From positions 186,001 to 250,000 of the IMG/VR virus record IMGVR_UViG_3300027899_000001: a stretch of 64,000 nt of DNA. One strand, written 5' to 3'. Below the pieces are notes generated by a model. The model had not been told where the DNA came from. It saw only the letters and a list, made by a program, of their open reading frames with translations, and did no database searches. Positions within the stretch are counted from its first letter, which is position 1. Every line of letters starts with the position of its first letter. Made by a program: the position numbers and the translations under genes. Of the stretch, positions 49,437 to 57,968 are shown in pieces.

Positions 49437-50060
49437 TTAAATATATTTATGAAGAGTTGCAGATCTGTTATCAATTATCTTTGAGCCCTGAATTAAAATT
49501 TTATTATCATTAATATATTCACGAATATATTTATCTGACATACCAGTGTCAAAGCATATAAAATCCCCCCATATTTCTTGAGGCATATATTCTAAAGACG
49601 TCAATTCTTTATTATGAGATATATTAAAATTATCTTTTATTATTCTTGGACAATTTTTTAAAGATAATAGCTTATTTTCAAAAAGCATTATAGATAATCC
49701 TATTTCTTTTGGTATACCTTCTAATGACGTAAGTTGATTTTTTCCAATATACAAATTAAAATCTACTTTTTTTGGAAATCCTTTAAAATTTTTTAATCCG
49801 CTTTCATACATTGATATTGTGCCGTGAATCTCATTAAATTTAATAAATTCAGGAAATTCTCCATTTGGTAAAGGTATGGCATGAAAATTTATACCTCTTG
49901 CATTAATAGTAAAATCATCATTTATAGTAGGCTCATATACATTTTTCTCATATTTTTCTAGCCATTCTTTAATTAACTTGCGAGATCCTATACCCATATC
50001 TCTTATAGGATCAGAATCTTCTCTAAATTTCTCATTTATGTGTTCTCTTACTATTTTCAT
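49437..50060 (-). CDS. Tagged LRR-like protein, 207 aa
   Basis: MKIVREHINEKFREDSDPIRDMGIG; repeats LKNFKGFPKKV, LTSLEGIPKEI, LLSLKNCPRII, LTSLEYMPQEI. Confidence 0.75.
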   Translation of the reverse strand: MKIVREHINEKFREDSDPIRDMGIGSRKLIKEWLEKYEKNVYEPTINDDFTINARGINFHAIPLPNGEFPEFIKFNEIHGTISMYESGLKNFKGFPKKVDFNLYIGKNQLTSLEGIPKEIGLSIMLFENKLLSLKNCPRIIKDNFNISHNKELTSLEYMPQEIWGDFICFDTGMSDKYIREYINDNKILIQGSKIIDNRSATLHKYI

Positions 50061-50377
50061 TGTATTAAATATCTTTCATTCATATCTACACGATAAACAA
50101 CATAACTATTATCATAAAAATTTACCCTTTCACCGCCATTATAACTTTCAAAACTATCTATAATACAAGAACGTTTTTTACCTCCAATAAATACACCTGT
50201 TATTTTTTTACCTTTTAAAGAATTTAAAAAATCCAACCACGAAGATAACCAAAAATTATTACCGCTTACATAATATTTAGAACGTTCTTCTTCAAAATTA
50301 ATACCTCCTATTCCCAGATCATGTATAGGATCTGATTCTTCTTTGAATAATTCATTTATATGTTCTCTTACTATCAC
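50057..50377 (-). CDS. Tagged hypothetical protein, ~106 aa
   Basis: Likely GTG start at 50377 overlapping the upstream TAG: (M)IVREHINELFKEESDPIHDLGIG. Confidence 0.7.
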   Translation of the reverse strand: MIVREHINELFKEESDPIHDLGIGGINFEEERSKYYVSGNNFWLSSWLDFLNSLKGKKITGVFIGGKKRSCIIDSFESYNGGERVNFYDNSYVVYRVDMNERYLIQ

Positions 50378-51183
50378 TAATTCCAATTTATTTTTATAGT
50401 ATATTTAAATCTACGATATCCATTTGGATAACTTTTTATAAATTCTTTAGAATGTTCTATACTTTTTATTGAATTAAAAACATTTAAATATTCAGTTTTT
50501 GGTGCGAACGCCCAACGAGATGAAAAGAGGCCAGAAGATATTTTATAACGTTGTTCTGATAAATACTCCATCATTCCAGATTCTTTTAACCAATAATCTA
50601 CATTATTTTTAAACGCAACATTATATGGAGGATATTCCACAGCAATTTGAAGATTACTTCCATCTATCTCATATTTATATAAATTTATAAAATGGTGGTC
50701 TGTCATTAAATCTGTAAACTTCTGCAGTGAATCTTCAATAGCTTTTCGTATTCCTATTCCTAAATCATATACTGGGTCAGATTCTTCTGAGAATTTTTCA
50801 TTTAGATTGCGATTCCATGTCTTATACCCCATTTTTTCTAATTTATTGAAAAGTTTTGTTATTACAAATGATGTAGTTTGGTCAAATCCTTTCATAGAAG
50901 GTATTTTAATATATTTACTAACATATTTACATAAATCTTCATATTTATCGTTATCTAAATGGTCTTGTGCTGTAAATTCTTTAAAAGACTTTGTATATAT
51001 TTTTAGAATATTATCTGGAATTTTATTAGTTTTATAAATAATAGGAATTACTTTTAATAAAAAATCTGCAGCGCCTTCTAACGTATCAAACGATCTTTCT
51101 ACATAAATACCAATTCCTAAATCACGAATAGGATCTGATTCTTCTATAAATTTCTCATTTATATGTTCTCTTACTATTTTCAT
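50377..51183 (-). CDS. Two-module tagged polyprotein, 268 aa
   Basis: N-terminal tag plus internal LNEKFSEESDPVYDLGIG at 50752-50805. Confidence 0.75.
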   Translation of the reverse strand: MKIVREHINEKFIEESDPIRDLGIGIYVERSFDTLEGAADFLLKVIPIIYKTNKIPDNILKIYTKSFKEFTAQDHLDNDKYEDLCKYVSKYIKIPSMKGFDQTTSFVITKLFNKLEKMGYKTWNRNLNEKFSEESDPVYDLGIGIRKAIEDSLQKFTDLMTDHHFINLYKYEIDGSNLQIAVEYPPYNVAFKNNVDYWLKESGMMEYLSEQRYKISSGLFSSRWAFAPKTEYLNVFNSIKSIEHSKEFIKSYPNGYRRFKYTIKINWN

Positions 51184-51524
51184 CTTTCAAATCCCATCTT
51201 TTTAAATCTCTCCATTAATAGCTCTGGCCAATAATATACTCTACATGCCTGCTCTCCTGTAGAAATTCCTTCAAACGAAATATATTCTGTTAAAAATTTT
51301 TGTATAATTAAAAAATATGTATGATTTATAGCTCCACCATATCTTAAAATATCATCAGGAATTTTTGATGTTTTTAAAAGTTGCGGAATAATAGTTATTA
51401 AATAATCTAAAAATTTGTCTACATTTACAAAATCTCGATGCGCATATAATCCAATATTCATATCTCTTATGGGATCCGATTCTTCTTTGAATGCTTCATA
51501 TATATGTTCTCTAACTAATTTCAT
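51180..51524 (-). CDS. Tagged protein (cargo family A), 114 aa
   Basis: MKLVREHIYEAFKEESDPIRDMNIG; IP....T.KIPD.I...Y...KMG motif shared with paralogs. Confidence 0.75.
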   Translation of the reverse strand: MKLVREHIYEAFKEESDPIRDMNIGLYAHRDFVNVDKFLDYLITIIPQLLKTSKIPDDILRYGGAINHTYFLIIQKFLTEYISFEGISTGEQACRVYYWPELLMERFKKMGFER

Positions 51525-51990
51525 GCCGAATGTTCTCCCATTATGATAGTAAAATATTCAATTACACTGGGTTTTATTTTAAAAATTACTTCTGAACAAT
51601 TAAATTCAGTAGGAGGTGCACTAGACGAATTTGATTTAATATCTACCTCGTCTTCCATAAAATACAAAATGCCAGCATGTTTTAAAAGATTTTTAGAATA
51701 CTCAATTTTATTTAAAGGTTTTCCATCAAGAGTTTTAAATAAATTAGAATATGTAAGAACTCTTAATTGTTCGTTGGCTAAATCTATAATTAAACCTCTT
51801 ATATTTTTTTATCACTTATATGCCAATTATTATTCATAGTAGATAGATATTCAAATTTGAAAGTGGTATCATATTTTATTATATCTTCAGGAGATTTTTC
51901 TATATTTTTTACAATGCCAATGCCTAAATCATGAACAGGATCTGATTCTTCTCTGAATTTCTCGTTAATATGTTCTCGTACTATTTTCAT
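51521..51990 (-). pseudogene. Tagged gene (cargo family B) interrupted by a frameshift at an A7 tract
   Basis: The 63-aa ORF stops just after A7 (T7 at 51804-51810). Adding one A gives a 156-aa ORF ending in an ATGA overlap at 51521 and resembling 42183..42662. Confidence 0.7.
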
Positions 51991-52144
51991 ATAGTTTATA
52001 TATTTAGATTTTTATAAACCCTAATGATAAAGAAAATTTAACAAAATTTTAACACCAAAATTAAAAACTATGTTTCTATTAATGAATATATAATTATGAA
52101 TTTGATCTGACGACAAATTTAAATTAAACTAAAATAACTATCTT

Positions 52145-52151
52145 AGGAGGT
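52145..52151 (+). promoter_or_regulatory. Strong Shine-Dalgarno AGGAGGT of the Hsp20 gene
   Basis: 7-nt spacing to the ATG at 52159. Confidence 0.7.
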
Positions 52152-52158
52152 TAAAACT

Positions 52159-52596
52159 ATGACAAACTTAGTAAAATTTTTAGACCACAACGAAATGGAA
52201 CCTTGGGACGTACTATTTCGTGATTTTTTTAATAGAGATTCTTTCTTTATGCCTGCATTAAATTCTACAATCAAATATCCAGTAGATATTCATGAAGATG
52301 ATAAATCTTTAAACATTGAAATTGCGTGTGCAGGAATAGATAAAAAAGATATTCAAATTGAAGAACAAGATGGAATTCTTCGTGTATCTTATGAAAAACA
52401 AGAAGAAGAAAATAATGAAGGAAAACATTACATTCAGAGATCAATTGCGAAAAGATCTTTTAATCATGGATGGAAAATTTCTGATAAATTTGATCCTAAA
52501 CAAATTGAAGCTTCTATGGATAAAGGAATTTTAAAAATTTCAATTCCACGATCAGAAGAAAAACAAATAATCAAAAACACAATTAAAATTAAGTAA
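52159..52596 (+). CDS. Small heat-shock protein (Hsp20/alpha-crystallin family), 145 aa
   Basis: YPVDIHED, AGIDKKDI, RSF and ASMDKGILKISIP motifs; C-terminal IKIK. Confidence 0.92.
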   Translation: MTNLVKFLDHNEMEPWDVLFRDFFNRDSFFMPALNSTIKYPVDIHEDDKSLNIEIACAGIDKKDIQIEEQDGILRVSYEKQEEENNEGKHYIQRSIAKRSFNHGWKISDKFDPKQIEASMDKGILKISIPRSEEKQIIKNTIKIK

Positions 52597-52623
52597 AAAA
52601 ACAATCAAACGTCAGATCATATA

Positions 52624-52655
52624 AAAGGGAGCAAAATAGCTCCCTTTGCTTTTTG
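52624..52655 (+). terminator. Intrinsic terminator after Hsp20
   Basis: AAAGGGAGC-aaaata-GCTCCCTTT followed by GCTTTTT. Confidence 0.7.
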
Positions 52656-52691
52656 CGCATTATATGGTAGTTAACTAGGTAATCAGTATGA

Positions 52692-52705
52692 ATATATAAA
52701 ATAAA
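52692..52705 (+). promoter_or_regulatory. Putative late promoter motif (copy 6)
   Basis: Exact motif abutting the ATG of the HNH gene. Confidence 0.5.
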
Positions 52706-53554
52706 ATGAATCATCAAAAAATTTATGAAGCTATAATAACTAAAGCAAAACTAGAAAATAGAAAAAAACTTATAAAAAATAATTTAAATTATATATATTA
52801 TGAAAATCATCATATAATTCCTCGATGCTTAGACGGAACAAATGATGAATATAATTTAGTTTTATTAACTGCTAAAGAACACTATATATGTCATAAATTA
52901 TTAACTTATATTTATAAAGGAAACAGAAAAATTGCGTGTGCATTTTATCGAATGGCCTTTAATAAAAAAGAAAAATACAAAATTTCATCAAGAGACTATG
53001 CATATGCAAGAGAACTAATTAGTAATACTCCTGTATCAGAAGAAACAAGAAAAAAAATAAGTAAAAAAAGCAAAGAACATAAAACATTTTTAGGAAAAAA
53101 ACATACAGAAGAATCTAAGAAAAAAATAGGATTAGCACAAAAAAATAAAATTGTTTCAGCGAAAACTAAACAAAAACAAAGAGAAGCTAATTTAGGAGAA
53201 AAAAATCCGATGTATAAAAAATGCAGTCATTTTAAAGGAACCCATTTATCTGAAGAAAAAAAGAACCACTTAAGGAATTTATATTTAGGAAAAACCCTTG
53301 AAGAATTATATGGAAAAGAACGTGCAAAAGAAATAAAACAAAAAAATAGTAAAAATAATAAAGGAAAAAATTTAGGAAAAATAAAATCAAAACAAGAGCG
53401 AAAAATTATATCAGATTCTGTTAAAGAATATTATAAGTCTTCTAAAGCTAAAATAAAAACTAGTGAAACTACAAAATTAGCAATGCAAAGACCAGAGGTT
53501 AAAGAGAAACAAAAATTAGCATGGATAAAACGAAAAGAAAACAAACAATTATAA
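52706..53554 (+). mobile_element. Freestanding HNH homing endonuclease (T4 Mob-like) with NUMOD3-type repeats
   Basis: YYENHHIIPRCLDGTNDEYNLVLLTAKEHYICHKLL; Lys-rich HTEESKKKI repeats. Confidence 0.85.
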
Positions 53555-56500
53555 AGATGGTAAAGGCCACTGACCTGGAAAACCATATGTTTTCGCACCA
53601 GTTGGCACAAAATCTTTATATAAAAATTTTAACCAAGCAATATTAGTAGGCCTAAGTAATTGATAACTTGGAAAAGGATCGTTTGTAGTAATCAATGACA
53701 TCGATGCTATTAGAGTATTTTTATATGCTTTATAATCAAGAACAGTGCCTTTCAATTTAGTTTCATAGTTAGAAGATAAAAGATCTGCGTTTTTTAGTTT
53801 AAATTTATCTGTTATATTATTTAATACATTATAATTTATATTATCATCCAAATCACCTGCAATATTTATTACTGGTTTAGGATTTTTTGCAGTTAATCCA
53901 AAATTTGCTGTGTCTGGGCTTATCGCTATAGGTAATGCAGCAATACTTTTATTAACATTATCAGCCATAGAATTTAAAGTATTCATTTGATTGTTAATAG
54001 ATTTTTCTGTTGAATCTAAAGAACTTGTAATACCTTTTACTGATTTGCCTCCTGAATATGCATCTCGTAAAATAGCATATTCAGTTTGATATTTCCATAA
54101 TTTTCCACTTTCGGTTGCTATTGCTTCATAATATATTGCAACGCCTTCAACCCAATTTCCATACGCTTTCGCATATTCTAAAGACGTTGTTGTATATTTT
54201 GTAGGTTTATTAGCTTTAAGATTTTTAAGTTCACTTTTTAATCTTTTAACAGTTTCTTTAGATTTATCTACATTTTCTTTAGCTTTATCCATAAGGGGTT
54301 TTATGCTAATTTTTTTCAAATTTGCTATCTGATCCGATATTTCTTTTTTGAGTGCTTGTATTTCATTTTTTAATGCAATCGTAGGATCTCCAAACGGCGT
54401 TACAAAATTTGTATTAAGATTTACAAATAAACTCCAAGGAAATAAATAAATTCCGCATATAGTTAATCCCAATAATATAACTCCATAAGACGTACTTATG
54501 GGTTTTATTGGAACATACACAACTGGAAAAGGAATGGGGGTTGGAAATATCCAGCCTGTTGACCAACCCATTGCAGGATTTGTTACACTTGCTAATGTAG
54601 CATATGAACAATATTTTAACCAATATTGAATATCACCATATCCATATTTTGATTTAGGATTCATATAAGGATCAATTTCTTCTGATTCACAGGTTCTTGG
54701 TTCTGCAATTGAATATAATCTTGCTTGTTTTCCGTTATATTCTGTAATAGAATATGTAGTAAACATGGAAATACTATCAATAAGTTTTTGCAATTCTTCT
54801 ATTTCTACAGGCAATTTTAAATATTCTTTCCATAGAGCTTCAACAAACGTAAAAAGATAATTTCCTTCTTTAACAGTTTCTGTTCGTTGTGTAGTTTCTT
54901 TTTTAATTAAATTATATTTTTTAACTATCGTATCAGCATTTAAATATAATTCGAATAAAAACATAACTCTATTAACAGCAATTAATTTATCATTTCCTTC
55001 CAATTTTCTATTATCATTTGCCAATCCCATTAACCAAGATTTAAGATCAGATAATTTTTTATTTTGTGAATAAACAGCCATCGCTTTTTTAAACCAATCA
55101 CCCAATGATAATCCTTTTTCAATTTCTTTTATTCCTTCATTTATTTTTTGTGCAAGTTTATCTTTATTGTATCCATCAAGAACATATCTTTTTCTTATAA
55201 ATTCATTTATTTTATCTCGTATTTCTATTTCTAATTTAGTTGGATTTTCTATACCATTAAATACTGGACCTAAATTTAATGAATAATATTCAAATAAATC
55301 ATATTCATTTGATTTAGCTTTTGTTAACTTAGCAGCATTTTGTGCCATATCTCTTAAGAGATTTAAATGTTTATAAAATTTTTCGTCTTCTGTTTCTATT
55401 TGTTTTTTTATTTCATTTAATGTTTCATTTTTTGCATGTTTTTCAACATTATCTTGTCCAGCTATTTGTTTAATTTTATTATCGTGTTCTTCATTAATTA
55501 AATTATATGTTAATAATAATCCTGCATATTGTTTGTTAATTCCTGTATATTGATCATGAGTAGATGCATCATCTACAATAGAAATTGACAACATTATAGG
55601 ATATAGTGTTTTAATATAATAATATTTTAAAAATACTTTTGCACTGTTTAAAGTTGCATATTTTTCATTCAAAGAATTAATTAATGATGTTAAGTAATCT
55701 TCAGGAGGCTCCGATATATCTCTAAGAACTATTTTATTGGTAGTTATTTCATCTATGTATCCTGGAATAGGAGAAAAAATAGATTGTGTTCCTAAATTAG
55801 CAATTTTAGTCTTTTGATCTACAAAAGAATCTTTAGGAAGAAATGAAATTAATGCATCAGTTTTTCTATTATTTTGTATAATAGCCATAGTAACTAAATC
55901 CTCATTAACTGTAGCTTCAACTGTAGTTTCTTCGTTTTGAATAATTTCACATGATGTATTTTTTAATCTTTCTTCCAATGGTCTGTGTGGCACGATGACA
56001 TCATCGATGACGACTGGACAATTAAAAGTCGATGTAAAAGGAATCTTATTAATAGAAACATTAAATGGCTCAAAATCACTCTGACATATAGCATCTGTAG
56101 CTATCACTTTTAAAGTTTGAGAAGAGTGTTTATGTAATTTTTTTCTATTAATTAAATATAATGAAGTTATTACTGTAATTGCTATTAAAATATCATCAAT
56201 ATTTTTAAAAGAATTCATTAAATCTTCAAATTGTTTTTTAGTTGAAGATAATCTTTTATCTGTTGAATCTTTTATTTCTTCGTATTCACTTTTTATTAAT
56301 GCATATGTATTACGAATTAATTTTTGAATATATTTGGTTCTATATTTTGAGGGATGAACAGTTTTAGTTAATAAATCTTTAGTCATATCAACATTATGTT
56401 GAAGTAAATATTTATATGTTTGTAGTTTTTCTTGAAATTGATTTGTTTGTAGTTTCAATGCTTCTTTCTCAGCATTTATTCCTTCTTTAATATTTATGTC

Positions 56501-57001
56501 TTTAATAAAATTGTATGTTAAATATGCTCCAGCAGCAATAACTAATGCTGAATTAATTTGTAATTTTAATTGTTGCACTTTATTTTTATTAATTTCTTTT
56601 TCTATATTATTTAAACTGCTTATCGTATTTAAGATTTCTGGCGCAGTTAAATTATCATTTAGAATAGGAATATTATCTATTGATGCTTCATTATGACATG
56701 CTAATAATATTTGTGATAAATTTGAATTGTCGATTTCTTTAGCTGTAAACTTTAATATTGTTTTTGCTCTTATATCAGTTCTTAAAAATTTTGCAGTATC
56801 TTCTTTACTATATCCACCTTTTAAAATCTTACTAAGTATTAATGCTAAAGCTGCCATGGCAGCTATTTTTAATAAATCTATTTTCTTAGGAATACTCGCA
56901 AATAATTTTTCTAATTCCAAATTAATTTTAAATTTGGCATCAGCTTTAGCCATTTCTGTTTTTTTCTTGACTAATAATTTTGCTTTATTTAATAATCCCA
57001 T
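53549..57001 (-). CDS. Large helical protein with hydrophobic segments, 1150 aa, function unknown
   Basis: Coiled-coil-like stretches and four hydrophobic segments; same operon as the gp5-like gene. Confidence 0.5.
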   Translation of the reverse strand: MGLLNKAKLLVKKKTEMAKADAKFKINLELEKLFASIPKKIDLLKIAAMAALALILSKILKGGYSKEDTAKFLRTDIRAKTILKFTAKEIDNSNLSQILLACHNEASIDNIPILNDNLTAPEILNTISSLNNIEKEINKNKVQQLKLQINSALVIAAGAYLTYNFIKDINIKEGINAEKEALKLQTNQFQEKLQTYKYLLQHNVDMTKDLLTKTVHPSKYRTKYIQKLIRNTYALIKSEYEEIKDSTDKRLSSTKKQFEDLMNSFKNIDDILIAITVITSLYLINRKKLHKHSSQTLKVIATDAICQSDFEPFNVSINKIPFTSTFNCPVVIDDVIVPHRPLEERLKNTSCEIIQNEETTVEATVNEDLVTMAIIQNNRKTDALISFLPKDSFVDQKTKIANLGTQSIFSPIPGYIDEITTNKIVLRDISEPPEDYLTSLINSLNEKYATLNSAKVFLKYYYIKTLYPIMLSISIVDDASTHDQYTGINKQYAGLLLTYNLINEEHDNKIKQIAGQDNVEKHAKNETLNEIKKQIETEDEKFYKHLNLLRDMAQNAAKLTKAKSNEYDLFEYYSLNLGPVFNGIENPTKLEIEIRDKINEFIRKRYVLDGYNKDKLAQKINEGIKEIEKGLSLGDWFKKAMAVYSQNKKLSDLKSWLMGLANDNRKLEGNDKLIAVNRVMFLFELYLNADTIVKKYNLIKKETTQRTETVKEGNYLFTFVEALWKEYLKLPVEIEELQKLIDSISMFTTYSITEYNGKQARLYSIAEPRTCESEEIDPYMNPKSKYGYGDIQYWLKYCSYATLASVTNPAMGWSTGWIFPTPIPFPVVYVPIKPISTSYGVILLGLTICGIYLFPWSLFVNLNTNFVTPFGDPTIALKNEIQALKKEISDQIANLKKISIKPLMDKAKENVDKSKETVKRLKSELKNLKANKPTKYTTTSLEYAKAYGNWVEGVAIYYEAIATESGKLWKYQTEYAILRDAYSGGKSVKGITSSLDSTEKSINNQMNTLNSMADNVNKSIAALPIAISPDTANFGLTAKNPKPVINIAGDLDDNINYNVLNNITDKFKLKNADLLSSNYETKLKGTVLDYKAYKNTLIASMSLITTNDPFPSYQLLRPTNIAWLKFLYKDFVPTGAKTYGFPGQWPLPSL

Positions 57002-57558
57002 TACAATTTAACTTTTATCTCTTGTCTTTGTTTTCCTTTATTATATGTATAAACTACAGTATCAAATTTAACTTTAAAGGGCTTAATTTTTTTTGTGTAT
57101 TTTTTTCCTGTTTTTGGAAGAACATAAGCAAGAGTCATATGAGGATGATAGTCTGGAAAAGATTGAGTATTTGGAAATCTTCTTTCAAGCAAATCATGAT
57201 ACATTTGAAGTTCTTCAGATATAGGAACATCATATTTTACAACATCATAATCATCACATTTAAATATGGAAATTTCTTTAATAGTAGATTCAACAGGTTC
57301 AAAAGTTTTCATAAATTCTTTAACATCATTTGGATCGACTTCATTTAGATGAAGTCCAAATAATAAAGTGCAATGAGGTTTATGTTCTAAACCAAAATCT
57401 TTAAATTCATCATCATAAATATCATCTTTTTCAATAATAGATAAGTGCTCATTCCAGTTTGGAACATCTGCATATAACATAACACAACCATAATCTAATT
57501 TTTTAGATTGCGTTTTTTCTTCTGATAGCCAATTTTTAAAAGTTATAAATTTATGCAT
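57001..57558 (-). CDS. 2H phosphoesterase, T4 gp57B/Acb1-like, with capsid-targeting-like leader, 185 aa
   Basis: Two HxT motifs (PHCTL, PHMTL); SFPDYHPHMTLAY parallels the Acb1 DFDDYTPHITLSY segment as I recall it; leader MHKFITFKNWLSE. Confidence 0.75.
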   Translation of the reverse strand: MHKFITFKNWLSEEKTQSKKLDYGCVMLYADVPNWNEHLSIIEKDDIYDDEFKDFGLEHKPHCTLLFGLHLNEVDPNDVKEFMKTFEPVESTIKEISIFKCDDYDVVKYDVPISEELQMYHDLLERRFPNTQSFPDYHPHMTLAYVLPKTGKKYTKKIKPFKVKFDTVVYTYNKGKQRQEIKVKL

Positions 57559-57955
57559 CTTCCCAGTATTTTTTTAATATTTTTTCATGCTGCTTTTTTC
57601 CTAAATCTGGCAAATCTTCAAACTTTTTAATACCTTGCCGTTTAAATTTTTTAAATTGATATGTATATGCAACTCTTTCTGTATTATTAGTAGGATATTC
57701 TTTACCATCATCTTTAGAACCTTTTTTATATAAAAGATAATGAATTAATTCATGTTTCATCCAATTAAGAGGGTCTTTTTTATAATCATAGTCACTTCTA
57801 ATTCTTACTACATTATCATCAGAATCAAATTCAGTAGGATCATTTTTTCCTTCTGGCCAATCTTCCTTTTTAACTATAACAATAGGTAAATCATAATTAT
57901 CTACTTTAATAAGTCGTGATTCATTTAACCAATTTTTATAACTTTTAAATTTCAT
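57551..57955 (-). CDS. HExxH zincin-like metalloprotein with capsid-targeting-like leader
   Basis: Start probably at the second Met (MKFKSYKNWLNE); KHELIHYL with downstream ExxAY. Confidence 0.6.
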   Translation of the reverse strand: MKFKSYKNWLNESRLIKVDNYDLPIVIVKKEDWPEGKNDPTEFDSDDNVVRIRSDYDYKKDPLNWMKHELIHYLLYKKGSKDDGKEYPTNNTERVAYTYQFKKFKRQGIKKFEDLPDLGKKQHEKILKKYWEDA

Positions 57956-57968
57956 TATATTTTTTATT

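Noticed and set aside
51543-51839. 98-aa plus-strand ORF
   Set aside because: Antisense shadow of the frameshifted tagged gene, whose minus-strand frame matches a paralog
49437-51990. Tag repeats as a CRISPR array or integron attC sites
   Set aside because: Repeats are in-frame coding, vary at synonymous positions, are not palindromic and are separated by whole genes; no cas or integrase gene in the window
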